In this document: one piece after another, positions 50,815-63,677 of the stretch
Layout: every line of letters begins with the position of its first letter
Position numbering within the stretch: position 1 is the stretch's first letter
Assembly (NCBI GenBank): GCA_008632985.1
Contig: QPGO01000072.1
Location: 248,001 to 312,000 of the forward strand
Direction of reading: 5' to 3'
DNA: 64,000 bases
From: Psammoneis japonica
Lineage: Eukaryota
The notes under the pieces: generated by a model
The model's input: the letters and a program-made list of their open reading frames with translations, nothing else
Databases searched by the model: none
Told to the model about the DNA's origin: nothing
Made by a program: the position numbers and the translations under genes

Positions 50815-52337
50815 CTACTCTTTCGAATTGTAGTGTTCCCTCACCCAGTCGCAAACAAAGTCCATGGATTGCTGTCCTTCTGGAATAAATGTGGACAAGA
50901 AGCAAAAGACATGACACATGTACTTCCACAAACCTACAGTGACAGGGACACCCGCAGCACGAGCTTTGTCGACAAGAAGGATTGCTTGATCATAAATCGC
51001 TTCGTGCTCGGATACCACAACGCAGAGGGGTGGCAAGTCCTCAAAGCTACGATAGACAGGTGACGTGCGACGGCGATTTTCCATGGATCCCAGTTTAATC
51101 TCAAAGTATGGGATTCCCACCTCAATGACAGACTGCAAAATACGAGGGAGGCGACGTTAGCAAGCAGTCGCTAACTTCTTCAAGAGCCTAAAGTGTCATT
51201 TCTTACCTGATTGACAATCAAATCGTGTGCAGGATACTCTTTGAAACTTCCCTCTGGGTTAGTATAATCAACAAAGGGGCCAATGAGAACTGCCCCGGAC
51301 GGCATGAGGTTGGGTTTCGCCTTTTGACATTGAATGAGCAGACTTTGAATTGACGAGCACTCGAAATCTTCCTTCCGAATGACAATTTCCGCAATGGCCT
51401 GCAAACACCTCGTCACTAGACCACCGCCCGACGAGATTCCCAGAAAGGTAACGTCCTCGGGATTTACGTTTTTGATCATGACAAGATGCATGTAGCTCAA
51501 CAACACGTCCCATAGAATCTCGTTGTAGTCCAGCTCGGGCATGAGGCCAAAGTCTGGCAAAAAGACATCGACATTACACGCCTGTGCTACAGTCTCTGCG
51601 ATAGTAGAGTTCCCCTTGGCATCGCCAGCTAAATATGCCCCACCGTACAGCCAAAACATGACTTTCCTTGACCCGCCGCTACCCTCTTTGTGAACAACAT
51701 TGTAACCAGATACTGTGGTGTTCAAGTTCTTGTCATATTCGACCTTGTGCTCCTCCAAGAATTCCGCCATATCAAATGCCTCTGCACACAGGATATCCGT
51801 GCCAGCATCAAGATTCTTCCTTGGATGACAAACATACATTTGCGAAAGCATAAACCTCATTCGCTCAATCGATACAGGAAACAATCTGCCCCACCAAGTT
51901 ACCGTCGTCAAGGCGTGATATTCTTCAGAAGCATCGGGATGAATGCCGGTACTTCGCCCAAACAGAAACTTGTGAAGGGGCAACCACAGCTTCCAAGCCC
52001 AAAATGTGAGCCTTTGTCGAAAGGCAAGAGGAACGGCCTTGTCCCAAAACAAGAAAAAGTATTTTTCCCACCACATGAGAAGGAATTGATTGATCCATCG
52101 GATGATGGACCGAATGACTTTGTTGTCGGGATTCATCTTTGTTCCCAAATTGAGATTGAGGCCTTCGTTAATTTCCTTAGCTGATTTTTCGGTTGGCCTG
52201 GCAAAGGCCTCGGTCGAATCGCAACGAAGGTATGGGATGAGCCTCTTGTCGGGTTGGAGGTAGACTCTCTTGTCAGCGGAATCGCCACCATCGCTGCTAC
52301 TCGCACCTGAAGAGCTCTTCGAAGAACATGGCGTCAT
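50815..52337 (-). CDS. Alpha/beta hydrolase (hormone-sensitive lipase-like), 2 exons
   Basis: WLYGGAY oxyanion motif, GISSGGG nucleophile, SP..LPPL..SEHE, MCHVF. Intron ~51136-51205. Confidence 0.85.
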
Positions 52338-52789
52338 GGTTGTATAATTCAGAATTTCGAATGGGTGGTCACGTCGCTCATGGTTGACTGGAGACTGGGA
52401 GAGCGGAAGAGCGAGAGATGATGTCGGCAACTGGTCACGTAGAAATCTACGAAGTTACAATACTGTGTTTTGGCGGGAAACAACGACAACATGTCACTGA
52501 GTCAGCCGCGAGGTCGTGGGAGCTCTATTACTTGCCTCATCACAGCATCAGATTTTCAATTTACCGCACAGAGGGGAATACATAGTCTGGTTCTATGGAG
52601 GGCTAGAGTAGAGGCTAATGTTACAGTCTGTAATAGCGAGCCACACAATTGTGAAACGACTACTCAATGCCACCGATCTTAATGAGATCTGAGTTCTCAC
52701 GTAAATCATCAAAACTCTGATTTTGGGAGGTTCAGGCGTGTTACTCGCAGCAAAACAACAAGACGCCAGCGTTTGCTGGTATCGGTTCC

Positions 52790-53908
52790 TTAACTGACAA
52801 AGGCATGCTTCAACAACTCCCTTGCTGATGGCCTCTTATAAGGATCCTCCATGAGCATTTGCGAAGCCATGTCAAGCGCCAACCACAAGCGCTCATTTGC
52901 TTTTGTTCTGGGCGGAACATCCTTGCATTTTCCTCGTTCGCACAGCAGCATGCTGAGCATTTGGCCAGTGGTAAAAATATCAAACGATGATACGGTAGCA
53001 TGCATCAAGCGCCATCCTGTTTTGGAATCCTCGGGAGTAGGCGAATGTAGGTGTGGACTTCTCGTTGTCGCATTTGGGACGAAAATTCGAGATTGATCCC
53101 AGTCAAAGAGGTGCGCAATGCCAGTCCTATTATCATACCGCACGTTCCTCCGACGAATGTCACCATTAATGACATTTCGCGAATGTGCAAAATCAAGAGC
53201 TTGCAACACCGATCGCATAAACGGTGAAATCTCCGAGAGACCTTCGGGTTGCACCATGTAAGGAATAAACGAAAGAATCTGTACACTAATCGCCTTTTGT
53301 TTGAACAGCCAATGACGTTGCTCTTTGGATACACCACTTCTATTCAAACCAACGTCAAGGATCTCATCATCCCACGTCCTAAAGGGATTGTCTGATATTT
53401 AGAAGAAAAATGAGACCGACTGTCAATGCTAATGACTGTGAACTGGGTGATCAAACACATTGCACTCACTCATAACTTCGCAGCTCCACAACAATTTAGG
53501 GATACTAGGTGTACTAGGTTGCTCATTTAAAATTCGAAACGCCTTCATCTCGTTTGCCGTGTAATAGAGAAAGTCCTGGGAGCCAATCTTCATCACATAC
53601 GACTCGTCCCCTAGTTTCGGTATCTTGACTTCAAAGCCCAAATTTACATATCCATTCCCCAGAACAGATACTAGCTCAATGTCATAAACTAGGTCAAGAT
53701 GCAATTGATCGTTGGAGTTTCCGTTTGTTGTTGTTGCGACATCATGCCTGTTTTCATACATCTGCTCACTCGGAGGACACCGGAATGCTGGAACTAGAGC
53801 AAAATGCCAGAGTGCAATCAGCCAGAACGCAATCAGCACAAAGACAAGGTGCGACCATTTGAAAACTCGGTGCTGCTGTTTCTTGGACAATCGAGTTCGT
53901 CTCTTCAT
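52790..53908 (-). CDS. Membrane-anchored protein kinase-like protein, 2 exons
   Basis: N-terminal TM, LGNGYV, VMKI, LDFAHSRNVINGDI..RNV, LFDWD, DIFTTG, DPYKRPSARELLKH. Confidence 0.7.
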
Positions 53909-56900
53909 CGCCAACGTGTGGTTGAAATCAACACGGCTTGTCCTCGTGGTCGCTGGTCGCTGCGAGACCAACAACAATGTTTTTTCAACAAAACAATGAC
54001 AAATTTGTCTTTGCCAAGACTGTACGGTACAGTACAGTATTTTAAATACAGAGCACCGTTCCTCGGACTTAGTTTTCAATGCTGGATGTTTTTATGTACA
54101 TGCAACGGAAATTAGAATTTTCAACTAATAGATCAACCGTTATTTCTACATGTGTGTCAGTTTTCATGATTTCCGTTGTCGTATTTTGGTTTTTCTTTTT
54201 ACCTCCATCTTGTTGCGCTCTGGCTTTTGATCATGTCAACAAAACAGTGGATGGTCTTTGTGGCATTTTTCAACACACTGCTTGCGCTTTGATGCCATCC
54301 AGCAACAACAACCCATTTTGTTGTGTTGTGCAGCTTGAGAAATCTGTCCTTGCACTCTCACCCAGCACTCGCGTGTGTGTGGATGCAGCCATTCTCCAAC
54401 ATGCTCATTTCATGGTCTGCTCTAAATGACGAAATGCATCCCAACAGCCTGGCTTCGGTGCTCTCTTTCCAGGTGAGTGTCTGTGCTTGTGTCTTGTGCA
54501 CTGCATCTGAGTCCCGCAGTGACACATCATCTTCTCAGCTCTTGCTTTCTCCTGCTTGTGTGGCCATTGTTGCACTCAAGCCCCCCCTTTCACTCTCTTG
54601 CTTTTCTGCCATTGCTGCTCCACTCCCATCATGAAAACTGAAGATGTGAGAATGAAGAAGACAGGTGCGTCTTCACAAATGCCCCCCACACTTTGCAGTG
54701 AGAAATGCGTTTCGTGTGGCAATTCGATCTTGGTGTTTTGTTGTTGATGTGCGCGCGCACATCGCTGTGTGCACAAATGCGATTGATGCCGGCACAGTGC
54801 AAAGAAAGCAAGAGGCAACTGCTGCCAGATCTGGAGCCAGAGAGCAGCAAGAAGCAAGAGGCATCTTGCTGACATTTGAGATTTGTGAACAAGCTGGCTG
54901 CGAGAGCTGTTCAAGCTCTTTGGCTTGCGACCAGTTTGCAAACAAGTTTGCAACCACTTGAGACCCTTGACATTCAACAAACAATTTTTGTGAACAGATT
55001 GCAAACAGAGTCCAGCAGTTTGCAAGCTCTTGCTGGCAAGCTGCAAGGAAGGGCCAGTTTCCAAAAGTGTGCAACAAACCCGGGCATGTGTTTTTGGAAA
55101 TTGAGAGAATGGCGCTGCCTTTGACCTTGCGCAACTCATGCAAGAACAGCAACAAGTCAATTCTCTCAACTGAAGCATTCAGTTCAGTCTGCAGCATGAA
55201 AGTTGCTTCCACCTGTTGCACTGTGATGGGCCATTTTTTCATTTGAGTTGCACCAACACAGCTGGTGATTTTTGCCAATGTTGTTGAAAGTTCAGGTGGC
55301 CAACAATGCTGTTTGGAGGTTGGCACAAAACATTTCTGCGCACATTCTGCAGCAGTGGTCTGCTCGCATGAAAGTCTCTCTGCAATGTGAGTGCTGACAA
55401 AGAGCCAGAATTGTTTCCAAAGAAAAATCCTGTGAACATCATGTGTCCCATGAAGACTTGAACACTGATGAAAAAATCTTTTAAATGTTCATGCTCCACA
55501 AACGAACATGAAAGCCAGAGTGCATGAGTGTTTTTGATGAACAGACAAAAGTGCACAAAGCTCACAAAAATTGTGTTCAAAAGGAGGTGTCATTGGAAAT
55601 GTTATTTTGTGTGTCACCTGGGGCTGGAAGAACACATCTGAAACTTGTGCAATGTTTTGTTTTGGACAAGGCATTGAAAAATGTGTTGGAACACCATGGT
55701 GGCCTCACAACCTCCAGAAAACAAAAAGGGAAGCACAAGGAACAGGTGACACAACATTGCACTCTGATTGGACAAGATGTGGTTGCATTGGGGCAAGCAG
55801 AATTGTGCACAGTGATGCCATTCCTGCTTTCGTCTGTGTGGCAAGGGAGTGGGGGGGGGGGGGGGGGGGCAAGCTTTTGAGACAAAATCGAAGCTGACCT
55901 CAATTTTGATTTTGATCATGCATTTTTTTGCTGGCAACACTGCTGGTTTGCAATCAATTTTAATTGTCAATCAAAACATTGGGCACATCTTGAACTTGAA
56001 AATGTTTGCAGACACACCCACACTCATGCTCATGACTCAGTGGTGTCCAACAATTTTTGACTTCTGCTTTCTTTTGATGAGCCATTAACTCGACTGCTTT
56101 AATTTTGTCAGAAACACAGCAGATGACCATCGTCATTTGCTTGACATTTTCCATTCAGTTTGCAAGAATGTCAATTCACACCTTCAGCAATCCAGGCGGT
56201 GCTGCTTGCATTGACACGTGCTTTTCGACACACACCCTCTCTGTGACACACACTGAAAATCTGGCTCTGTGATGTGACTGGTTTGAGGCAATGAAGGCTC
56301 ATTGAGGCTGCACTTGCAACAACTCCAAACACCCTTGATGGCCATTGTTTGCCTCCAAAAAGCAGTCCTGGGCTTCTTTGTTGCAGGACCAAAGAACCAA
56401 CAAAGGGAGGGGCTCTTTTTTGAGTTTTGTCGAGTTTGTGCTCATGAAGCTGTGATGCAATGTGTGCGCATTGTGAGAAATTGAAAATGATGGGAAAAAA
56501 CAACATTGTGAGGGAGAAGTGCAAGATTTGAACTGTGCAAAACTTGGCACCTTTTCTGCATGTGTGACAAACATGTGCATTTTTGCAACAGGAAGAGATG
56601 CCATGTGCCCTCTCTGTGACATGTGCTGAAATTCCACATGCGCCCCCAGTGTGTGTCAATGTGAGCAGTCTGTGTGCCAAGCACAAGGTGAGGAGGATGC
56701 CTTGGGGGTGGCCATGCTCTTGGAGGAGTCACTGGGCAGTGGTGACATGCAGCAGCAGGTGGATGGACAGATGTGTGGAGACAACAATGAGAGGCCACAC
56801 CCCAACTCTCTTCTCATTGTTCTTGGCAGACAAGCAGTGGCAATGGAGCTGGCTGTGGTGACCCAACATGGGTCAACAACACTCAAAAATTCCTTTCTGT

Positions 56901-57449
56901 TGACTGGCAGCCATGTTTTGTGCAGTTGCCCACACATTGGACATGGCGCCAATTGTCTCTGTGGTTTGGCTTTGATTGGCTGATCTGGCCACCACATTTT
57001 TGTCTCTCAACCACACACTGTGCTGTGGATCCAGAGAGTCTCCACAAGCCAGTGATTGTGCATTGTGCATGATGCCTGCATTGTCTCATTGACTCTGACA
57101 CACATCCTCATTGGAGCCCAAGCATTGCAGCCAGGTTGTTCTGTTGGTTTTTGGACTGGGGTGATTGTCCTGCCACCTCAGAAGCATCTTTGATCACATG
57201 GAACCTGGATTCATTGCACAAGTCCACCAATTCTGGAGGCTGCAGCTTTGGTCTTGTCTCATTGTTTCTGATCTCTTGCATCAGAACACAAGCCCAGCCA
57301 CCATCTGTGTGGCCTGCTGGCATTCCTCCTCTTGCTCTGTGCCTGTCATCAAAATCGGCCCCAGCACTGTGTCTTCATTTTGCCCATGATTGCAGTTGCC
57401 ACATTTTGCACTCACATTGAGCACATGTTTGTGATTGCATCTCCTCTTT

Positions 57450-58750
57450 TGACCATTGCAATGGTCTTGCTTCTGTTGTTTTTGCCACATCCAATGATTT
57501 GCAAAAAAAGGTCTTTTTCAGTGTTCAGAAGACACAACTCCTTTTTGCATTTTGAACAAAATGTTGTGCACATTTTTTGACATTGGTGTTTTGGGAGCAT
57601 TTTTCCAATCTTTCCACTTGTCATCTGGGAGCTTTCACAAGTGTTCAATCTCAGATGGAATTGGGGGTGTGTCTGCATGGCCTGCATTTGCCTGTAAAAA
57701 AATTGTGATCACAGCTCTGCGAGTTTTCAAACTCTTGGGACGGGACCACTTTTCCCTTTTTTTCTTTCTGTTTGTCAAAATTTTGGCCTGCTCCACCTGA
57801 CATTCAGTCTTGCAGACCTGCTCTCAGCACACAATGGCACTCTGGTCATGCACAAGTTCACAGCAAAGCTCTCATCCAAAAGACTTGTTCTCTCTCACAA
57901 CACCCCAGTTTTGCCTTTTTGCGCTCATCTTTCTTGTCTGCCTTCCAGTTCCATCCTGCCACAGCCACTGATGTCCTTGCCACAATTGAGCATGACAAAA
58001 CTTCCCCCGCTGAGTGCTTCTTGCAGTTGGGCTCCAAGGCTGAGCTTTCACTCAACCAAACAAAGCTTGTTCTCCATCACAACACCAGTTCTGACATTGC
58101 TGATTTCATGTGTGGTCAATTTGACCAGCTCCTCTTGTTTCATGAAAGTCACATCATTGCAGTTGTGAAACCCAGCTCCCTTTTGTGAATGGCAGCAATG
58201 AAGTCAAGCACTTGTGCAGCTTCTCTGACACTGCCGGTGCAGTTGCTCCCATGTTGGGAACTTGCCAATGGTTTGAGGGACACTTTGTGTCTTTGGTGTC
58301 CCAAGATGATGCAGTGATGTCTGGCTTGCCTCATGTTGAGACTCCTCCAGATGATGTTGAGAGACCTCCACTTGCTGACAGTGCCAATCATCCAGCATCT
58401 CTTCAACACCTCAATTTGGGAATCCTGCCAGGGCTGAAGAACAAGCAGTCATTGTTGCTCTCCCCATGGCCTTTCCTCTCCCTCCAGGTTGCTCCTGTCC
58501 CTTGGAATTCACTCCTGACAGTTGTCTTCAGTGCCAGACATGTTGTGGAAGGCTGTTGGTTGCATCCAACAGCATGTGTGGGTTTTGTTCTCTCAATCAA
58601 GAAAAACCTTCTTTTGAGCAAGCCACCAACAGCCTGCGAGTTGTCAATGATTTCATCAGTCTCAACATTTGCAACTTTTTGATGATGATTTTCAGGTGGT
58701 GGCACCCTTTTTGGACAATCATGCAAGTGTCCAAACCACCATCAGGACAT
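57450..58750 (-). mobile_element. Possible piggyBac-like transposase relic
   Basis: Colinear loose motifs VETDE..GGL..FFLIERTKP, ..DCLFFS, WMIGTV, GAGQIDH, and C-terminal CQKMCTTFCSKCKKELCL. Confidence 0.35.
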
Positions 58751-59099
58751 CCTCTGCTTTGACCTGGCAGCATTTTGGGGGGGCATGGTTCAAGGCCCAA
58801 CCACCAACAAGACATTGCAAATGGAGCTCAGGCAGAAAGAGTTGTTGCCCCTCAAGGACCCACTGCACTGTCAATGTCAGAGCCCGCTGACATCCATTCT
58901 TGGCACTCTTTGTTCTTTTGCCACACAAGGTGGTGGGTTCTGATGCTGTCACTTTGGGTGCACTCAAGCCAGTTTTTGTCAATGCTCTCCAACAATCAAG
59001 CAAGACTGGGTGGGCTTGGCTGCTGCATCTGTGAGGTTGCTGTCATGGCACTCAGCAGCAGCAGGAGGTCAATGAATGTCTTTGATCAAGTTTTTGCCT

Positions 59100-62000
59100 T
59101 TCATGCTGCTTGTGCAAATGAGGCTTTTGCAGATGGCATTGTCTGTTTCTTTTGTCCCTTGCTTTGCTGACCAGCCTCCCAGTGCTTGGGTCATGACACA
59201 CGTGCAGCCAACATCAACATTGTGAACTTTCTTGGTCCTTGTGTGGACAGCCACACTGAGAATTGTTCCCAGAAGGTCAAAGAAGGCCAACAAATTTCTG
59301 GGCACTCTGTCATGATGGACTCCAACAATGCATTTGCTGAATCAATCAAGAGTTGTGCTCTTTACAACACAGGTCAAGCTCATGATTTCTCAGACATTGT
59401 TTTGGCTCTTGGCAACTTCAGGCTCATCTTCAATGCCCTTGTTGATGACTTTGATGATGAGGCTCTCTGGCAACAGCTTCTCCATTGCTGCCATGATGCT
59501 TTTGGCAAGAGTGGCAAGCAGCAGATTGCAAGCAATGGCAACACTTGCAAAATTGCTGCCAATGTGCTCAACGGCATTCAAAATGTCATTTGCACCTTCT
59601 CCCAACTTGGCAGCATCCCAGATTGCCATGAGACTGTCTGCAACTCACAGCACATCAGCACCCAGGCTCTGGACATCTCCAAGCACTTGACAAACCAGTC
59701 AATTCAGGATTTTGAAACCAGTGTCAGTTGTGCCCCCCCCCTGGAACCTTTGGAAGCAAGTGCTTGCTCTCTCAGCTTGCTTTGGAGTCAAACTCTGCTT
59801 TGAGTGCTGGCAAGCATTCAGTCAATTCTCTTCTGGCAGCAGTGTCTCCATCCAAGAAAGCAAAGTCTCCCTTGTTGGCATCTGACCTTGAATTGAGCAA
59901 GAAGATGGGGCTCCTCCTGGTCATTTCTGGAAACCCTTGTCAGCCTTCTGTTGTCCCAGTTGTGGCAAAGAAATGTGTCAATTTGAGAACTGAAGAGCAT
60001 GTGCACCCTCATTTGGTGATGTGTGAGTTCTGTTGCAGCCGTCCCAAGTGCAGCAAGCCCCACATTGCAAATTTGTGCAACCTTCCTCAGGCCAAACACA
60101 GCTGGCTGCTGATCAAATTTGTCAATGATTTTGACAACCTGTCCTTTGCCAAGGGAAAAGGCCCCAGCAGTGCAGCTGCATGGTTTCATCTTGTGACAAA
60201 CCAGCGAATCTGTTTTTCCAAATGCCATCTGTCACCTCCATTTTTGTTTCAGTTTTTGTCAACCTTGTGCTTTGCCAGCTTGCATTGTTGACTTGGTTGC
60301 TGCAATTTTGGATGACAAAATGGATGTGATCTGAGCTGCAGAAGCTGAAGCACTCACAGAGATCAAGAAATTCTTTCCAGCGCCATCCCTCCCTGCAAAC
60401 TTGTTGGGTGCTGGTGCTCCTGCACCCACCTCAATGATTGATGACTCTTTTAAGAAATTTGAATGAGAAAAGTTCATCAGAGTGAACTTTTCTGATCAAG
60501 GAGGGTCCCACTTGGACCAACCTTTTGGCAATGACAATGTCAGTCAAAAGCTCACCTCTGTGGCTGCTTTTTCTCATGTTTTGCTGCCCCTTTGGAAGTC
60601 TGGCTTTTTGCAGGATGACACTGGCAAACAGAGTTTTCTCTTGTTTCCACTGATTTTGTCAGCAACTGGGATGACCTGTGTTGTGTTGCACCAGGTGCCT
60701 GGTGTGCCTCCATGTTCTTCTTCAGGAGCATGGCAACATTGACTTTAATGCCCTTCAAGGATGCCCTGGAGATTGGGAGAGTGAAGAAGACCTCAACAAG
60801 GATTGAACCCAAAAAACTGCATCTGCTCTTCTCCATTTTGATGAGGACATGGCATTGTCAGTGCAGCAGGTCAGAGGCCCACATGTTGCTGTGCACAGAA
60901 AGAAGGTTGACAAGATCATCTCATCATTTTTGGATGGCAAAGTGGTCCCTTCTGTCATTTCAACTGTCCATCAAGACAGATCCAGGAACAAAATTTAAGG
61001 TGCTTGCAAGGAACTCCAAGCATGGCTTTGTCCCAACCTTTGATTGGCAAATCACTCCTTTTGCATTGAATTGTCACTTTTTGCCTCAGAATCTGGTTGA
61101 CATCAACAAATTGTTCAAGAGCCCTTGTCCAGTCATCTTGGATTTGGCCACTTTGATCATCTGTGGCCGTCAAAGGTTTTTTGTCACTGGAGGTTGAGTC
61201 TCCTCAACTGATGCCACTGCTTGGATGGACTTTGTGTGTTGGGTTTACAATGCCCACATTTCACACCCAACACAGGACATCCACCCAATTGACAATGATG
61301 TGATGGGAGCACACTGCATGATGAAATGCAATCTGAGCTTGGCTGGCATGCATGCACCAGTCCTGTGTGGATTTGGTGTCACACAGACTGGGCGCAATTT
61401 TGCAGACATGCCCAACCCATGCTGCAACAGAGACCAGGACATTAAAAAAATGGGCGAAAGTGCACTGAGTGCATGAAAAATCAAAAAATGGTGCATGTCA
61501 AACATCAGAAGATGCACGACATCAAGGAGTCATGAGAAAGTCAGCTGACAACATTGTCAAAGACAATGAGATCAAAACAACTCCTGCACCGCCAGTGTAA
61601 AGAAGCAGTCATTGATGTCAAACAATTGTGTGAGACAGGCTTGTGCATGAAATTGGCCTGGAACCCAAAGGTGAGCCACATGTCACATCATGCTTTTTCC
61701 ATGTTGGTGCTCGAGTTCACCTTGATGCCACACTTGATGTGTCCAGACAACTTCAAGACACATGAAGCATGTTCATTGCAAGACATGTGTGCTGCCACTG
61801 ATGACAATTGGGTTGCTTCTGCATGTTTTGAATTTCCCTTCATTCCAAGAAAATGTGGGTGCACAAAGTGCTGGGTGCTGGGGGATGACTGGAGAGAGCC
61901 ACCAACATTCCTCCCACCAAGGCCAATCTCAGGAAATGAAGAAGTCCCAGCGCCACTTGCCAAGCACACACACAAAAAGGAATCCTGAAATGAAGAGAAA

Positions 62001-63000
62001 GGTGTCGACTGCAAACCTTGGCAAAACAGCAGCGGCCCCTCTCCACCACGCACCATCACTCTGTGTGCCGCAGTGCCACAAAACAGTGTGCATGGGTTGT
62101 CAAATGACATTTGAATCTTCTCAAAAAGGTGGCAGCCACACAGGTGATTGGCAGCCTTGTGCCCATGGTGAACAAAACGGGGGTCTGACATGCCACACAG
62201 ACACAACAATGCAGGCCACCAGGATGAGATGGGTGATGCAACAAACTGAGGGCCATTGCAAGGCATGCCAACCTGCAGTGCAGTGCAGTGCAGTGCAACA
62301 AGTGCGCACAATTGAACGGTTGATTTTTGAATCAGAGCCAGTGAATTTTGTGTGCGTGCACACAGCCATCCATTTTTCAAATGTTCTGGTGTCCATTGGG
62401 GTGGTGGTGGCTGGCCCCAATGTCATCAGCAGCTTGCACAATGTGCTTCCACATCCCACCAGATGTTGTGGAGATCATGCAACCTTTTTTGCCAGTGCTT
62501 GAATTTCCACCAGCTCCAACAGCTTCAGCGGTCACTTTGTTTGCTCAAGCACTCCTGGGCTCTTTCAACCTGGGGGTGCTGAATGATGGTCGTGGGTGTG
62601 GTCATCCACCAGCATGTGCAAGCATGGTCACATCAACGACAACGTGCACACCAATGTTCAGGAGTTTTTGGAGCATGCTGTTTGTGCAAGTGGCTGCACC
62701 TGTGCTTCATGTGATGCAAGGTTTTCTGCACAAGGAGTTTCCCAGTGCTTTGAGCTTTGAAAAGCTCAATCTTCTTCTTTCTGCCTTTTTTCAGCAATTT
62801 TTTGGATGAAAGTGCAACACAAGGGCCGTTGCAGTTGGCTCAATGGACCACAAGTTGCATGAGCTGCTCTTGATCATCCTTCACAAGTGGCTCCAATTGC
62901 TGAAGCACCCGTTGTTGGACATGTCTTCTTCACTTGGTTTGTTGGCGTTCCATGCATGCTGCTGCCCCCACGCATGTTGTGATGGCTCTTTCTTCTCTGG
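59100..63000 (+). mobile_element. Degenerate DIRS/Ngaro-like retroelement (ORF1 + RT)
   Basis: ORF1-like 59186-60180 with a Cys/His cluster. RT-like KHGFVPTFD..TPFALNCHFLPQNLVD, HISHPTQDIHPIDNDVMGA, and HI(N/D)DNVH at 62629-62649. No recombinase seen. Confidence 0.45.
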
Positions 63001-63187
63001 AAAATTTTCTGGGCAGATTTGATTGCCCATCACCACATTGCACAGTGGATGCTTCTTGAGCAATGAGGGTGGAAGAAACAAACACATTGGACCAACTTTC
63101 TCAGAAGCTGTGTCATGGTGTGTTTTCCAGTGTTTTTTTTGGGGGGAAAAGCCCAATTTGTCTGCTGTTGTGAGACCCAGGCCTTAA

Positions 63188-63677
63188 GGTGGTACGGGTA
63201 CAAAAGTGGGCCAGATTCTACGCACGTAGAGCTTAGTATGTTTTCTACACAAATCGCCAAAGTCGGCTCGCCAACTTGAACCCTCTCCAGGACGATGGAA
63301 ACTTGGACATTTCACATAACAAAGTGTTTCGACTATTTAATTACACTCTCCTCGACTTGTTTAGGGAGAGAAGTTACAAGTTTTCATAGGTTTCTGAGGA
63401 TATATAACGAATCTAATCAGAAAGGTGCCGAAATCGCGACGTTCGAGTTTTAAAGAGCTATACAAAACGAGAAACCCATGGAAACTTGTAACTTCTCTTC
63501 ATAAACAAGTCGAGGGGAGTGTAATTAAGTAGTCCAAACACTTTGTTATGTGAAATGTCCCAGTTTCCATCGTCCTGGAGAGGGTTCAAGTTGGCGAGCC
63601 GACTTTGGCGATTTGTGTAGAAAACATACTAAGCTCTACGTGCGTAGAATCTGGCCCACTTTTGTACCCGTACCACC
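63188..63677. mobile_element. MITE/foldback DNA transposon, 490 bp, TTAA target site (Kolobok-like GG...CC ends)
   Basis: 208-bp terminal inverted repeats (63188-63395 / 63470-63677; first ~116 bp perfect, ~8 mismatches overall), 74-bp spacer, TTAA at 63184-63187 and 63678-63681. Confidence 0.9.

Larger units (their letters stand above)
54190..63183. other. TpA- and CpG-depleted domain of degenerate nested TEs
   Basis: About 14 TA in ~9 kb by eye, all in TTA or TAA context. CG rare. Confidence 0.88.

Noticed and set aside
55851..55869. G19 homopolymer / G-quadruplex
   Set aside because: Isolated run of unreliable length with no supporting structure.
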